A DNA stretch of 64,000 nucleotides, taken from NCBI RefSeq assembly GCF_006345805.1, contig NC_043014.1, forward strand, positions 11,284,001-11,348,000, written 5' to 3'. The position numbers and the translations under genes are program-made. The stretch comes from Octopus sinensis (taxonomy: Eukaryota). Positions 12,081 to 24,572 of this stretch are shown here, one piece after another. Position 1 is the first letter of the stretch. The number at the start of each line of letters is the position of its first letter. A model generated the notes under the pieces. It did no database searches and was not told the origin of the DNA. It saw nothing but the letters and a program-made list of their open reading frames with translations.

Positions 12081-12382
12081 CTAGCAGTATCGCCCGGCGT
12101 TGCTCGGGTTTGTAAGGGAAATAACTATATAAGCATTTTTAGAGAGTTACTTCCCTTATATAATAGCAAAAAAATGCATTAAAAATGGGGAAAATTATGG
12201 TAAATTTTGTTTCAAATCGTAGACTCATCGTAGACGCGCGCTAATACCCAGAAGGGCGCGATATGAATCACGACTATAAGATACCCGGTTTTGGTTAAAC
12301 TGCACCGCAAAATGTGGGAGTAGTTAGGAATCTAAATCGTAGGAGACAGACACTCACACAACTTCACTTTTATATATAAAGA
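12081..12382 (-). mobile_element. Non-autonomous Helitron
   Basis: Minus strand A|TC...CCCGAGCAACGCCGGG hairpin...CTAG|T, with no TSD. Second copy at 54123-54520. Confidence 0.85.
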
Positions 12383-12659
12383 TAATGATAATATAGCAAC
12401 ATAGCTATTAGTGAGAGATTATCAATCCAGGCAAAATACCTCATAAGCTCTCTGTTGGCACACCAGGCTAACAATATCACTTAGATTAGTAAAGAGTTCC
12501 CTGTATTCTTATAGCAGGGTCCAAGGTTATAGTTCGTCACCATTCTATATTGTAAATCCGTGGTTGCGTTCCAGTCAAGCTGGTTTTCATACAGAGTGAT
12601 ATAGAGGACAAGGTGTAAATAATGGTCATTAAATATATGCCCTTTTTTGGAGCAAATTT

Positions 12660-12970
12660 GTGAAGGCGCATGGCTCAGTGCTTAGAGCGTCGAGCTTACG
12701 ATCGTGAGGTTGTGAGTTCGAATCCCGGACCGGGCTGCGTGTTGTGATCTTGAGCAAGACACTTTATTTCATGTTGCTCCAGTTCACTCAGCTGTAGAAA
12801 TGAGTTGCGACATCACTGGTGCCCAGCTGTATCGGCCCCTTTGCCTTTCCCTTGGATAACAGCAGTGGTGAGGAGAGGGGACGCTTCCATAAACAACCTT
12901 GCCCGGACTTGTGCCTCGGAGGGTAACTTTCTAGGTGCAATCCCATGGTCATTCATGACCGAAGGGGGTT
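12660..12970 (+). mobile_element. tRNA-headed SINE, head F plus tail G
   Basis: A-box TGGCTCAGTGC, B-box GAGTTCGAATCC, CORE-like CTTGAGCAAGACAC. Partial minus copy at ~52480-52680. Confidence 0.8.
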
Positions 12971-13058
12971 TCCTCCGATTGGAGCAAATTTACTCTAATA
13001 AAGGAAAATATGTAATGACCATTATTTATAACTTGTCTAAAAAAATGGACTATAGTGT

Positions 13059-13266
13059 CTTGGTATAAAAGATGGGCTGCAGTAAATATTCTGCTCAATA
13101 TGCCCTAGGCAGTAGCTCTGATGCAGTACCGTGCAGTGGCTAATGCACTGATGCATTACCAAGCAGCGGCTCTCATGGCTTCTGATCTTAACTGATTGGA
13201 AGTGTTATTATGTACCTTGTTTTGCCTTGGTATAAAAGATGGGCTACAGCAAATATTCTGCTCAAT
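13059..13266. repeat. 41-bp direct repeat flanking a ~125-bp segment
   Basis: CTTGGTATAAAAGATGGGCT(G/A)CAG(T/C)AAATATTCTGCTCAAT at 13059-13099 and 13226-13266. Confidence 0.7.
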
Positions 13267-13536
13267 GCCACAGATATGTTTGTCAGTTGTTTGACCATAA
13301 CCAGTTGAGCATATTCCTTGGTGGCTGACGATATGTGCATCTCAGATAGCGAGCAGAAGTAGTGGGGGAGCATCATAGCCATGTGTTGAGAGGAATTGTT
13401 TGGTGTTTGGATAGTACACCTCTAGAAACATGGGTGTTTCGTTCAACATCCTTAAACAACACTTATTCAGGGATCGTAAGCCGAATACCCTACTAAGCTA
13501 CGCGCTTTTATATCTCTCTATCTATCTATCTATCTA

Positions 13537-13608
<72 letters not shown>

Positions 13609-13680
13609 CACACACACACATGCACACACATGCACACATGCACACGCACAAGCACATGAATATATACATACATATACATT

Positions 13681-13896
13681 CTTTTCTACTCTAGGCACAA
13701 AGCCCCAAATTTTGGCGGGGAGGGGGGCAGTCGATTAGATCGACCCCAGTACGCAACTGGTACTTAATTTATCGACCCCGAAAGGAGGAAAGGCAAAGTC
13801 GATCTCGGCGGTATTTGAACTCAGAACGTAACGGCAGACGAAATACCGCTAAGCATTTCGCCCGGTGTGCTAACGTCTCTGCCAGCTTTCCACCTT
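13681..13896 (-). mobile_element. SINE family B monomer with short tail
   Basis: Same head and body as the arrays, but ending ...CCCCTCCCCGCCAAAATTTGGGGCTTTGTGCCTAGAGTAGAAAAG. Confidence 0.85.
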
Positions 13897-13914
13897 TACA
13901 TACATACATATATA

Positions 13915-14225
13915 TTACGACGACGAGGGTTCCAGTTGATCCGATCAACGGAACAGCCTACACTTGAAATTATCATTGCATGTCGCTGAGCACTCTACAG
14001 ACATGCATACCCTTAAGGTTGTTCTCAAGGATTTTCAGCATCACTCAGAATGTTTTAAGGCTGGTCCTTTGAATTACAGGTACTGCTCATTTTTGCCAGT
14101 TGACTGGACTGGAGCAACGAGAAATAAAGTGTCTTGCTCAAGGACACAGCGCACCGCCGGGAATCGAACCGACGATCTAACGACCGTGAGGCAAATATCC
14201 TTACCACTATGCCACGCAACTTCAC
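13915..14225 (-). mobile_element. tRNA-headed SINE, head F plus tail D
   Basis: Tail GTTCCGTTGATCGGATCAAC.GGAACCCTCGTCGTCGTAA shared with 40997-41375. Confidence 0.75.
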
Positions 14226-14494
14226 TGGTGGGACGAAGAAGGGCTTTAATCTGGTTATAACATTCTGAAAGGATGCAGAAATGAAGTTCTAATGTTACTG
14301 TAAAGCGATGGCGAACTATTGATATAAGACTGACATTTGATGACATTTGATGACATTTCTGACTTTCTGAATGTCACACGTACTTAGGGATGGATATAAA
14401 TTCATCCTATGATGGAACTTGAAACAATGAACACATAACCAGGGAATATAGCACTCATATATATATATAGCCGTAACCAAAGGAATCTAATGCT

Positions 14495-14703
14495 CTTAGC
14501 TTAGTTTTTCCTTGGGGCTGGCCAGATTAAAGCAATCTCAAGATTAATCAGCCGAAATTGCGAGGATGATCCGGCCCTGACTGAAGATAAAAGGCTTCGA
14601 ATGATCCGTCCTTGTTTTTTTGCATCGTCTATCTGGATGTTTTGTTGTCCCCTTTTGTATCACCTAGTTGTCCTGATGTGTTGCGTTCTTGTCCCATTTT
14701 GCA
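14495..14703 (+). repeat. Unclassified interspersed repeat (family P), also at 10905-11010(-), 18893-19167, 19788-20041 and 44545-44897(-)
   Basis: Shared AATCAGCCGAAATT...GATCCGG...GACTGAAGA...TTCGAATG. Confidence 0.7.
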
Positions 14704-14732
14704 TTATATAATATATATAATATATATAATAT

Positions 14733-14779
<47 letters not shown>

Positions 14780-14781
<2 letters not shown>

Positions 14782-15030
14782 CCCACAGTCATCTGAACTC
14801 ACTGTATGCAATGTGTTTGCTTTATCAGCACACATTTGGGTATTCGATTGGCCGTTAGATGAGATCCGAGTCATTGATGCTAATACCCAAAAACTGATGA
14901 CTAACACCAGAAATTTCGACATCAACAATGTTTTAGACCGGATTTATCTAAAACGAGGAGAAACAGGCAGTGGTTTAACATCGATTCAAGCAGTTGTAGC
15001 TAGACTAATGTCTATTATGGAATATTGAAG
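14780..15030 (+). pseudogene. R4/Dong-like (RLE-type) non-LTR retrotransposon RT C-terminal fragment
   Basis: WPLDEIRVIDANTQKLMTNTRNFDINNVLDRIYLKRGETGSGLTSIQ matches the WxxxELxxIDxKTRKLLT...DRLYLxRxxGGRGL pattern. Confidence 0.75.
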
Positions 15031-15352
15031 TCAATCAGGTTTTTTGTAGGTTCAACACGTTAATCTATAACGATTGGTCGATTTACCCATCATGTGAGTT
15101 TTGAATATTGGTTGAGTCCTGTGTTATGATTGGTTGAGAGTACTGTGCGGCATTTGGATCAAAGATCCAATCCCATTGCGTGTAATACATTCTGAAACAA
15201 CTAACTGGTATCAGTTCTGGAGCCTATCTTTTTATCATACATTGGCGCAACAGATTCTCTAAGGGCAAAAGAGTGAGAGTTTTTCATCAAGGCAAGTTGT
15301 GCTGATTTCCTGCCGTTTTCCACCAGAGAAAAATTAATATAACAGAGCACAT

Positions 15353-15732
15353 AAGGCGGCGAGCTGGCAGAATTGTTAGCACGCCGGGCGAAATGCCTAG
15401 CTGTATTTCGTCTGCCGTTACGTTCTAAGTTCAAATTCCACCGAGGTCGACTTTGCCTTTCATCCTTTCGGGGTTACGCACTGGGATCGATATGATCGAC
15501 TTAATACGTTTGTCTGTCCTTGTTTGTCCTCTCTGTGTTTAGCCCCTTGTGGGTAGTAAAGAAATAGGTATTTCGTCTGTCTTTATGTTCTGAGTTCAAA
15601 TTCCGCCGAGGTCGACTTTGCCTTTCATCCTTTCGGAGTCGCTAAATAAAGTACCAGTTGTGTTCTGGGGTCAATCTAATCCACTGGCCCCTTCCCCTAA
15701 ATTTTCGGGCCTTGTGCTTACAATAGAAGAGA
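15353..15732 (+). mobile_element. SINE family B: long unit followed by a short-tail unit
   Basis: Junction AAAGAAATA|GGTATTTCGTCTGTC near 15567. Confidence 0.8.
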
Positions 15733-16689
15733 GTATAACAGCACATATAACCAACGACGACCCAGAAAGAATAAATGGAGATGAAAAAAAAAAAGAGACT
15801 AACTTCTGTCTCTATTAGAAGAGGAATAATCTAAGGTAACCTTTTCCGTTCATTTCTGCTTTGCTTTGGTACTATCAACTTTTATCGGCATATTAAATAG
15901 GACTGATCTTAGATACAAATGCTCTGATTGGACAATCAAACATGTTTTGTATTTGGTCGGCACCAAGTTATTCGATGCAGTTGTTAAAGCAACCAGTAAA
16001 CATATTTATTGGAGGAATTGATAAATGGTTCGGATTACAAAAGAGAACCTTGAAAAGAGGTAAATAAAAAGGACCAATGGCGAGCTGGCAGAATTGCTAA
16101 CACGTCGGGCAAAATGCAAAGCAGCGTTTTTACCGGCTCTTTACGTTCTTAGTTCAAATCCCGTCGAAGTCAGCTTCGTTTTGCATCCCTTCTGGATCAA
16201 TAAAAATAAACTATAAATCAAGAACTGGTTTCGATGTAATCGACTTGTCCGCTTCCGACAAAACTACTGGGTCTTGAATCCTGCAACCTACCGGAGTCTC
16301 TTTCAAAGGGAATATCATGATCCCGGTCATTTATACGCTATGGATCCCAGATAACTAGTCTTGTGAGTTTTAGGGTTCACGGGGAAGAATATTCATCATG
16401 TTAGATATTACAAGGATTGCTGCACCGCACGTCGCATTGCCACACTACGGCAGAGATTTATGAGCGCCCGACAGCATTTCAGATTGCAGGTATCAGAGTA
16501 CTTTGGAAAACACAAAGCAGATTTCTTGAAACGAATCTCATCGAAAACCTAAGCCCTGGGCAAACTGACCCTCAATCCCTGTTTTATATGAAATTGCAAG
16601 TGACAAAATGGCGAGTGACAAAACTTTTTCAGTCTTCTACAAGAAGCTTCATGGCAGCATTTGACTTTCCGACTTGTAATTCTTGTTAC

Positions 16690-17004
16690 GGAGGCGCAAT
16701 GGCCCAGTGGTTAGGGCAGCGAACTCGCGGTCGGAGGATCGCGGTTTCGATTCCCACACCGAGCGTTATGTGTGTTTATTGAGCGAAAACACCTAACGCT
16801 CCACGAGGCTCCGGCAGGGGGTGGTGGCGACCCCTGTTGTACTCTTTCACCCCAACTTTCTCTCACTTTTTCTTCCTGTTTCTTGAGTAACGCTGCGATG
16901 CACTGGCGTCCCGTCCAGCTGGGGGGAACACATACACCATAGAAACCGGGAAACCGGACCCATGAGCCTGGCTAGGCTTGAAAAGGCTGCATAAAAAAAA
17001 ATTT
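16690..17004 (+). mobile_element. tRNA-headed SINE, head C plus tail H, with poly-A and TSD
   Basis: 13-bp TSD TAATTCTTGTTAC at 16677-16689 and 17005-17017. Confidence 0.9.
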
Positions 17005-17249
17005 TAATTCTTGTTACAGAATTCATGGCATTTTTCGACAGTGATCACCAACAGCTCTGCTAACCCCAAAAACTCAGGCTACAGGCGATATTTTGCATAT
17101 CCATCCTGCAAACCTAGAATAAAATCAAAGGTTTTATATATCCTCGCACATATTCCCCTTAAATTTTACATATCAAATTGCAAATTCTGCACGCATTTTC
17201 TGGCATACAGTTGTCTCGTTATCTTGCCTTCTTTTAATCTTCCTGTATA

Positions 17250-17832
17250 TTGGTTTCAAATTTTGGCACAAGGCTAGTGATTGTAAGTGAGGGTGCTAGT
17301 CGGTTACATCGATCCCAGTGCTCAGCTGGTACTTATTTTATTGACCCCGAAAGGACGAGGGGCAAAGTCGACCCCGATGGTATTTGAACTCAGAAAGTAA
17401 AGTCAGACGAAATACCTCTTTCTTTACTACCCACAAGGGGCTAAACACAGAGGGGACAAACAAGGACAGACAAACGTATTAAGTCGATTACATCGATCCC
17501 AGTACGTAACTGGTACTTAATTTATCGACCCCGAAAGAATGAAAGGCAAAGTCGACCTCGGTGGAATTTGAACTCAGGACGTAGCGGCAGATCAAATACC
17601 TATTTCTTTACTACCCATAAGGGGCTAAACACAGAGGGGACAAACAAGGACAGACAAACGGATTAAGTCGATTATATCGATCCCAGTGCATAACTGGTAC
17701 TTAATTTATCGATCCCGACAGGATGAAAGGCAAAGTCGATCTCGGCGGAATTTGAACTCAGAACGTAGCGGCAAACCAAATACCACTAAGCATTTCGCCC
17801 GGCGTGCTAACGTTTCTGCCAGCTCACCGCCT
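17250..17832 (-). mobile_element. SINE family B array, 2 long units plus a short-tail unit
   Basis: Reverse complement of the array layout. Confidence 0.85.
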
Positions 17833-18659
17833 GGCGATTGTTAGATCAAGCATGAAGGATGCAGAAACACACTAGATTCATTCTGGTACTTATTCTAATA
17901 ATCTTTTTTTTTTTTACAAAATTCCTCGGGTGCGGGGATGTAAACAAACCAACACTGGTTGTCAAATAGTGCTGGGTGTACAAACGCGGACAAGATCATC
18001 CCACATATATAAACGGTCAAGCGTTTTTGTATCTAGTCCTGGAAATTATGTTTGTATACGACAGACTATGCTGATGAGCTTGCAGATTTTCACGTATCCA
18101 TATGCGTGGATATTAACAAGCGAAACTGATCGGTACATAGGTAATGGTTATTATTTCGTATATTTTCATTTGTCTTGCTTATTTTTTACACTTTGGTTTT
18201 GTGCTGAGTTTTTACTTGAGAACGCATTCTTCGTGGAAAATAAGCAATTTTGACGTCTATATCTAGCATATTGACCATCCACTTTTAGTGGTCAGTCCTT
18301 TAAATTTTGTATGTAAAAATATTTTAATCTTCAGATTTCTTTAATATGCTAGGCCACTGGCTCTAATTGATTAATATCAATTTCTACCCTTATTCAATAT
18401 ATATATATACTAATATATATATATATATATATATATTCCAGTTGTTCGTCCATGCTAGTATAAATAAACTGCATGAATTTTACGGCCGGCGCTCTTCCTG
18501 TTGTCAACTCTAGCTGATTTTCAAGACAGGAGTTATTTTCATCTAGTGGAATTCGAAAATGTAGAAATATCGAGCGATTTATTAAATGCATTAACAAACA
18601 TCGTTGGCTGCAGTCCAGCTACAAACGATTGAGTTTGTAGCTTGGCTGCAATCAGTATC

Positions 18660-18664
18660 GATTG

Positions 18665-18706
<42 letters not shown>

Positions 18707-18846
18707 CTTTCAGTTTCCTTGTACTAAATCCTCTCACAAAGCTCTGGTCGATCCGACGCTGTTGTAGCAGACACCCACATGGGACTGAACCTAGAACCAT
18801 GTGGGTGGGAAGCAAATTTCTTATCGCACCACCATGCCTCCGCCTA
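18660..18846 (-). mobile_element. SINE family A head/CORE segment
   Basis: CTTTCAGTTTCC...CCACCATGCCTCCGCCTAT. Confidence 0.65.
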
Positions 18847-18862
18847 TATATATATATGTATG

Positions 18863-18893
<31 letters not shown>

Positions 18894-19732
18894 ATATCTG
18901 TCCCTTTTGCTGTCCTGGTGTTCGTTGCATTCGATCCTTCTTCCAGGAATCTACGCTTCCAGCTTAGTTTTTCTAATGCTCGTTGCTTAGTTTTTTCTTG
19001 GAGGGCTGGCCGTGATCTAGTATCTCAAGATAATCAGCCGAAATTACTATGATGATCCGGTTCTTGACTGAAGACTGAGGGGTTCGAATGTCCTGTCCAT
19101 GTTTATTGTATCGTCTTCTAAGAGTTATACGTTCTTGTCCATGTTGTATTTTTCTACATACCTTAACATATATTCCAGGCGCCCCGTACCCCCCTTATCA
19201 TTAATGTGAACACATATTCTTAATAATTGGTACGACTCTCTGTTTGTCTCTCTCTCTCCCTCTCTCTCTTCATTTTTACCTTGATCTGTCCCCCTCTCTC
19301 TCTCTTTTCTCTCTATTCATCTTCTCTTTCCTCTGATCCTTTGGTCTAGTCTTCCACTACCCTCCTATTTCTTTGTCTCGCTCTGCACTCACAGGTCATT
19401 CTTCGACACCCATCCCTTCTCCTCTCTGATTCCTTCTTTCTCTCTCTTCTCTCTCTTTGGTTGCGTTTTGTCCCCCTTCTCTCTCTCTCTCTCTCTCTTT
19501 CCTTTGCTTCTCTTTCTTTTCTTTTCCCTCTTCTCTGTCACGTGACTGTTGGCCGAAATCTGCCTTTCAGCTCCTGACCCTCGTCGTGTTAACATCGTGT
19601 TTTTTCGTCCGCCGCTATAAAGGCTTTTTCCAATGCGCCAGAGAAAAAATTTGTTTGCTTGTTATCAGTCGTAAGACACTTGTTGTTTTCACCGTTATGC
19701 TTCTGTATTTCATGTTTCTGTATTCCATTATT

Positions 19733-19769
<37 letters not shown>

Positions 19770-20213
19770 CTGTCCCTTGTTGCTGTCCTGGTGTTCGTAT
19801 GCATTCGATCCTTCTTCCAGGAAATCTACGCTTCCAGCTTAGTTTTTCTAATGCTCGTTGCTTAGTTTTTTCTTGGAGGGCTGGCCGTGATCTAGTAATC
19901 TCAAGATTAATCAGCCGAAATTACTATGATGATCCGGTTCTTGACTGAAGACTGAGGGGTTCGAATGTCCTGTCCATGTTTATTGTATCGTCTTCTAAGA
20001 TATACGTTCTTGTCCATGTTGTATTTTTCTACATACCTTAATATATATATATAGATATATACATATATATATATGTATATATATTTATATATGTTTGGAT
20101 AAATATTGATATATATATATATGTATATACACATTTTGTATTATATATATATATATAGATATATATATATATATATATATTTATATATGTAAATTTATAT
20201 AAATAAGGATATA

Positions 20214-20243
20214 ATCAGGTGGCCAGCATATATATATATATGT

Positions 20244-20302
<59 letters not shown>

Positions 20303-20531
20303 TATAATTAAGGGTATCTAAGAGATACAACCATGCTTGAAATAGCAACCAAAAGCTTGATTATAAAACCACATTAAATGTTCATACAATACCAATGAAC
20401 ATTTAAGGTGGTTTCAGAGTCAAGTTTTGGCTGTTATTTCTAGCATGGTGCTATCTCTTAGAAACCTTTAATTATAATTTTAATAATAATTATTACCTTT
20501 GAGGTTTTTTACTTCCATGCTGGCCACCTGA
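20214..20531. repeat. Imperfect fold-back palindrome
   Basis: Core arms ~20298-20386 and ~20396-20480 around ATGTTCAT-ACAATACCA-ATGAACAT. Outer ATCAGGTGGCCAGCAT / ATGCTGGCCACCTGAT. Confidence 0.75.
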
Positions 20532-20607
20532 TAAGATAGGTATTTCAAATAACGATCTTATCCTTATTTATATAAATTTATATATGTATATATGTATATA
20601 TACATAT

Positions 20608-20645
<38 letters not shown>

Positions 20646-20650
<5 letters not shown>

Positions 20651-20848
20651 GCAGGAGTGGCTGTGTGCTAAGTAGCTTGTTTACCAACCACATGGTTCCG
20701 GGTTCAGTCCCACTACGTGGCACCTTGGGCAAGTGGCTTTCTACTATAGCCTCGGGCCGACCAAAGCCTTGTGAGTGGATTTGGTAGACGGAAACTGAAA
20801 GAAGCCCCCCGTATATATGTATATATATATATGTATATAGTATAATAA

Positions 20849-20898
<50 letters not shown>

Positions 20899-21073
20899 AT
20901 ATATATATATATAGGCGCATGAGTGGCTGTGTGCTAGTAGCTTGTTGTTACCACCACATGTTCCGGGTTCAGTCCCACTACGTGGCACCTGGGCAAGTGT
21001 CTTCTACTATAGCCTCGGGCCGACCAAAGCCTTGTGATGGATTTGGTAGACGGAAACTGAAAGAAGCCCGTCG
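20646..21073 (+). mobile_element. Two tandem family A heads (20646-20812 and 20911-21073) separated by (TA)n
   Basis: Both carry the CCCACTACGTGGCACC variant. Confidence 0.8.
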
Positions 21074-21094
21074 TATATATGTATATATATATTG

Positions 21095-21145
<51 letters not shown>

Positions 21146-21152
21146 ATATATA

Positions 21153-21198
<46 letters not shown>

Positions 21199-21866
21199 TA
21201 AGGTAGGAATAAATAAAAATATATGCATACAACAAACATATATGTACGTACCTACATCTACATGTATATATACATGCATATATAAATAATTATACGGAAG
21301 TACAGGACATCACAATAAGACGTAGAAACAGAAAAAGCCAAAAAACACAAAACAAAGAAACGGAAAACGAAAACCAAATACAGGACAGGTTACACAAGGA
21401 CAAAACCCCCGTCATCAGCTGTCGCTAGAGGAGTCAGGCATGTTTCGAAGGCATAACAGAACACTAATCCAATAGGCCTTCCTGCGAGAGAATTAAAATA
21501 AAATTTCAAGCAGCGGGGCACAATGAGTACGAACACAAACAAGACGTAACAATAAGACTGCAAAATTAAAATACTGTACAAAAACAAACACAAGAGGACG
21601 AACGAAAAAGCCTTTTTTCTGGCATAGACAAACAATAAAACTGCAAAAATAAAAATACATGTACAAAAATACAATTAGTTACAAAACGAGAAAATAACAA
21701 GAATACTATACAGATTAACCACACAGGGGACGAACGAAGAAGCCTTTTTGCTGGCAAGGACAAAGTGTAGTAGCAGCGCGTGGAGGCTTCTTTTCAATAG
21801 TGGTAACTACCACGTGTAAAGGAATTTTGTTTTTAGGCAAGGAAGAGGGAGGAGGAGGGGACACGC

Positions 21867-21895
<29 letters not shown>

Positions 21896-21898
<3 letters not shown>

Positions 21899-22308
21899 GG
21901 CGCAGGAGTGGATGTGTGGTAAGTAGCTTGCTAACCAACCACATGGTTCCGGGTTCAGTCCCACTGCGTGGCATCTTGGGCAAGTGTCTTCTGCTATAGC
22001 CCCGGGCCCACCAATGCCTTGTGAGTGGATTTGGTAGACGGAAACTGAAAGAACCCTGTCGTATATATGTATATATACATATATATATATATGTATTTAT
22101 GTGTGTGTTTGTGTGTCTGTGTTTGTCCCCCTAGCATTGCTTGACAGCCGATGCTGGTGTGTTTACGTCCCCGTCACTTAGCGGTTCGGCAAAAGAGACT
22201 GGGCTTACAAAGAATAAGTCCCGGGGTCGATTTGCTCGACTAAAGGCGGTGCTCCAGCATGGCCGCAGTCAAATGACTGAAACAAGTAAAAGAATAAAGA
22301 GTAAAAGA

Positions 22309-22357
<49 letters not shown>

Positions 22358-22551
22358 GCGTATGTGCGTTTGTGTGTCTGTGTTTATCCCCTAGCATTGC
22401 TTGGCAACCGATGCTCGTGTGTTTATGTCCCCGTTACTTAGCGGTTCGGCAAAAGAGACCGATAGAATAAGTCCTGGGCTACAAATAGAATAAGTCCGGG
22501 GTCGAGTTGCTCGATTAAAGGCGTGCTCCAGCATGGCCACAGTGAAACAAG

Positions 22552-22552
<1 letters not shown>
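21896..22552 (+). mobile_element. SINE family A full copy (21896-22309) plus a duplicated tail (22365-22552)
   Basis: Family A layout, with the tail repeated after a TA run. Confidence 0.8.
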
Positions 22553-22589
<37 letters not shown>

Positions 22590-22969
22590 TTGTAAAAGAG
22601 GACAACAAACGTAAAGGCAAGGCAAGCATCTCAAAGCATATACGTTATTATTATTGGAAATATTCCAATAATAATAACGTGTATGACTTCAGATGTTTGT
22701 TTTGTCTTAACGTTTGTCGTCCTTTTTAAAAAATTATATATCCGCTCTATCGGAAATCTACTATGGTTCCGTAACTCCCGTCTTGGCTATGAGCTTGGAG
22801 CCTTGGTAATCCGTTACAGCACTTACACAACGTCCCTAGTCGTTTTGATCACCTGTGAACTAAGCCCCCATATTTTGTGTATATATCTATATACATACAT
22901 GCATGCATACATACATACATACATACATACATACATACATACATACATACATACATACATACACACACG

Positions 22970-23033
<64 letters not shown>

Positions 23034-23186
23034 TAATAAACTGTTGTAATGGTTACAATGTTTAATAAAATGATGTAGCGTGAAACGATCGTACCCAATT
23101 ACCGAAGATATTCTTGTTGCTTATTTTGAACATATATATATATATATATATATAGATATATATATATATCTATATATATAATATAT

Positions 23187-23575
23187 ATATATATATATAC
23201 AGCAAAACGCCCCCCCCCCCGTCCAACGGACGATGCTGAGTTGTCAAACATTTAAACCAAATTCTCTCAAAACAACTTGTCTGACCATCCAATAGGCCTC
23301 CCCTTCGAGAAACACTGATTTTACCAAAATTTGAGACACCAGCAAAAGAAGAAATAAAAATAGACTTTTTTTTCTATTCCAAAGAAAAACGATTTTATTC
23401 ACTTTATCGATCGCATTCTCACTTGGAATCGATTTTTGTAATTTTTTCAAGACTTATACACGCCCTGATACCGTCGGTATCTACATATCAATTTTGAACG
23501 CAATCGGATGGAGTATGCCCGAGATCCTAGAAGATACACACACAGACAGACAGAACGGATTTTATATAATACGAG
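23187..23575 (-). mobile_element. Helitron-like non-autonomous element, second family (+ copy at 46530-46990)
   Basis: 5' ATTATATAAAATCCGTTCTGTCTGTCTG and a subterminal hairpin (CCGTCCATTGGACGG in the 46.9-kb copy, CGTCCGTTGGACG here). Canonical CTAG end not seen. Confidence 0.6.
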
Positions 23576-23876
23576 ATATATATATATATATATACAAATT
23601 TAAAATCAGGGTGAGAAATTAGATATTAATTTAATTAACATCGATTTCACACCAGTGGTCTAGCATATAAAAAAAAACTGAAGGTTCCGTAAAATTGTAT
23701 TATATACATATTAGAGGAAACCACTATTTTTATTGCTTTTTCTTTTGTCTTGCTCGATTATGCTTTGGTTGTTTCGCTAAATTTTTCTTGAGAACATTTC
23801 TTAGTGGTAAGACCATAGCGGATCTATTTCTAGCATAAGGGTGTCCACTTAGTGGTTTCCCTCTAATATGTATGTA

Positions 23877-23908
<32 letters not shown>

Positions 23909-24572
23909 AAAGACAAGTTATAATTAATAGTCATTACATATTTTTCCTTTATAAGAGTAAACTTGGCTTACAGCTGTTTCGAGTAATCATTATAGATATG
24001 TTACAGATAGGTTCACTCAGTCGGTCTCTTGATGCGCCGAGAAAAATTGAACGACCTAAAAGAAAGTCAATGCTACTTTCGTCAGAACCATTTCATGTAT
24101 ATATAACAAGAGAGAGAGACAGAGAAGGAGGAAAGATCATGGGCCTACCTTGGTACTATTTTATTCTATTTGTTGCTTGCATATGTTTCAGTATCCGGTA
24201 AGACATGTGCTGTGGAATGAAGGTGTACCAAGTTATATCTATTTTATTTTCTCTTATTATTGATGTGCTCTTTTAATTACCTCATCATCCACCCTCGGAT
24301 ACGTACAACTTGTAAGTGCAAGCGGTGTTGAGAGTTCAACGTGTTTAATATTAGAGCCGAAACCTATGTGGCTTAAATGTTGCGAGTTGAGAGCATCCAA
24401 TAATAACGGCTAACTCTGATGAGCATAGGGTTACGTAATCGGACTGTTACCTAACACTCCGTTGAACTCCAAGTGCGAAACCGATTGGTAAGATCGGCCG
24501 TAATGGATACATAATACTGTACTCCTCATTCAATATATCTATAAATATATGTATACGTATGTATGTATGTAT

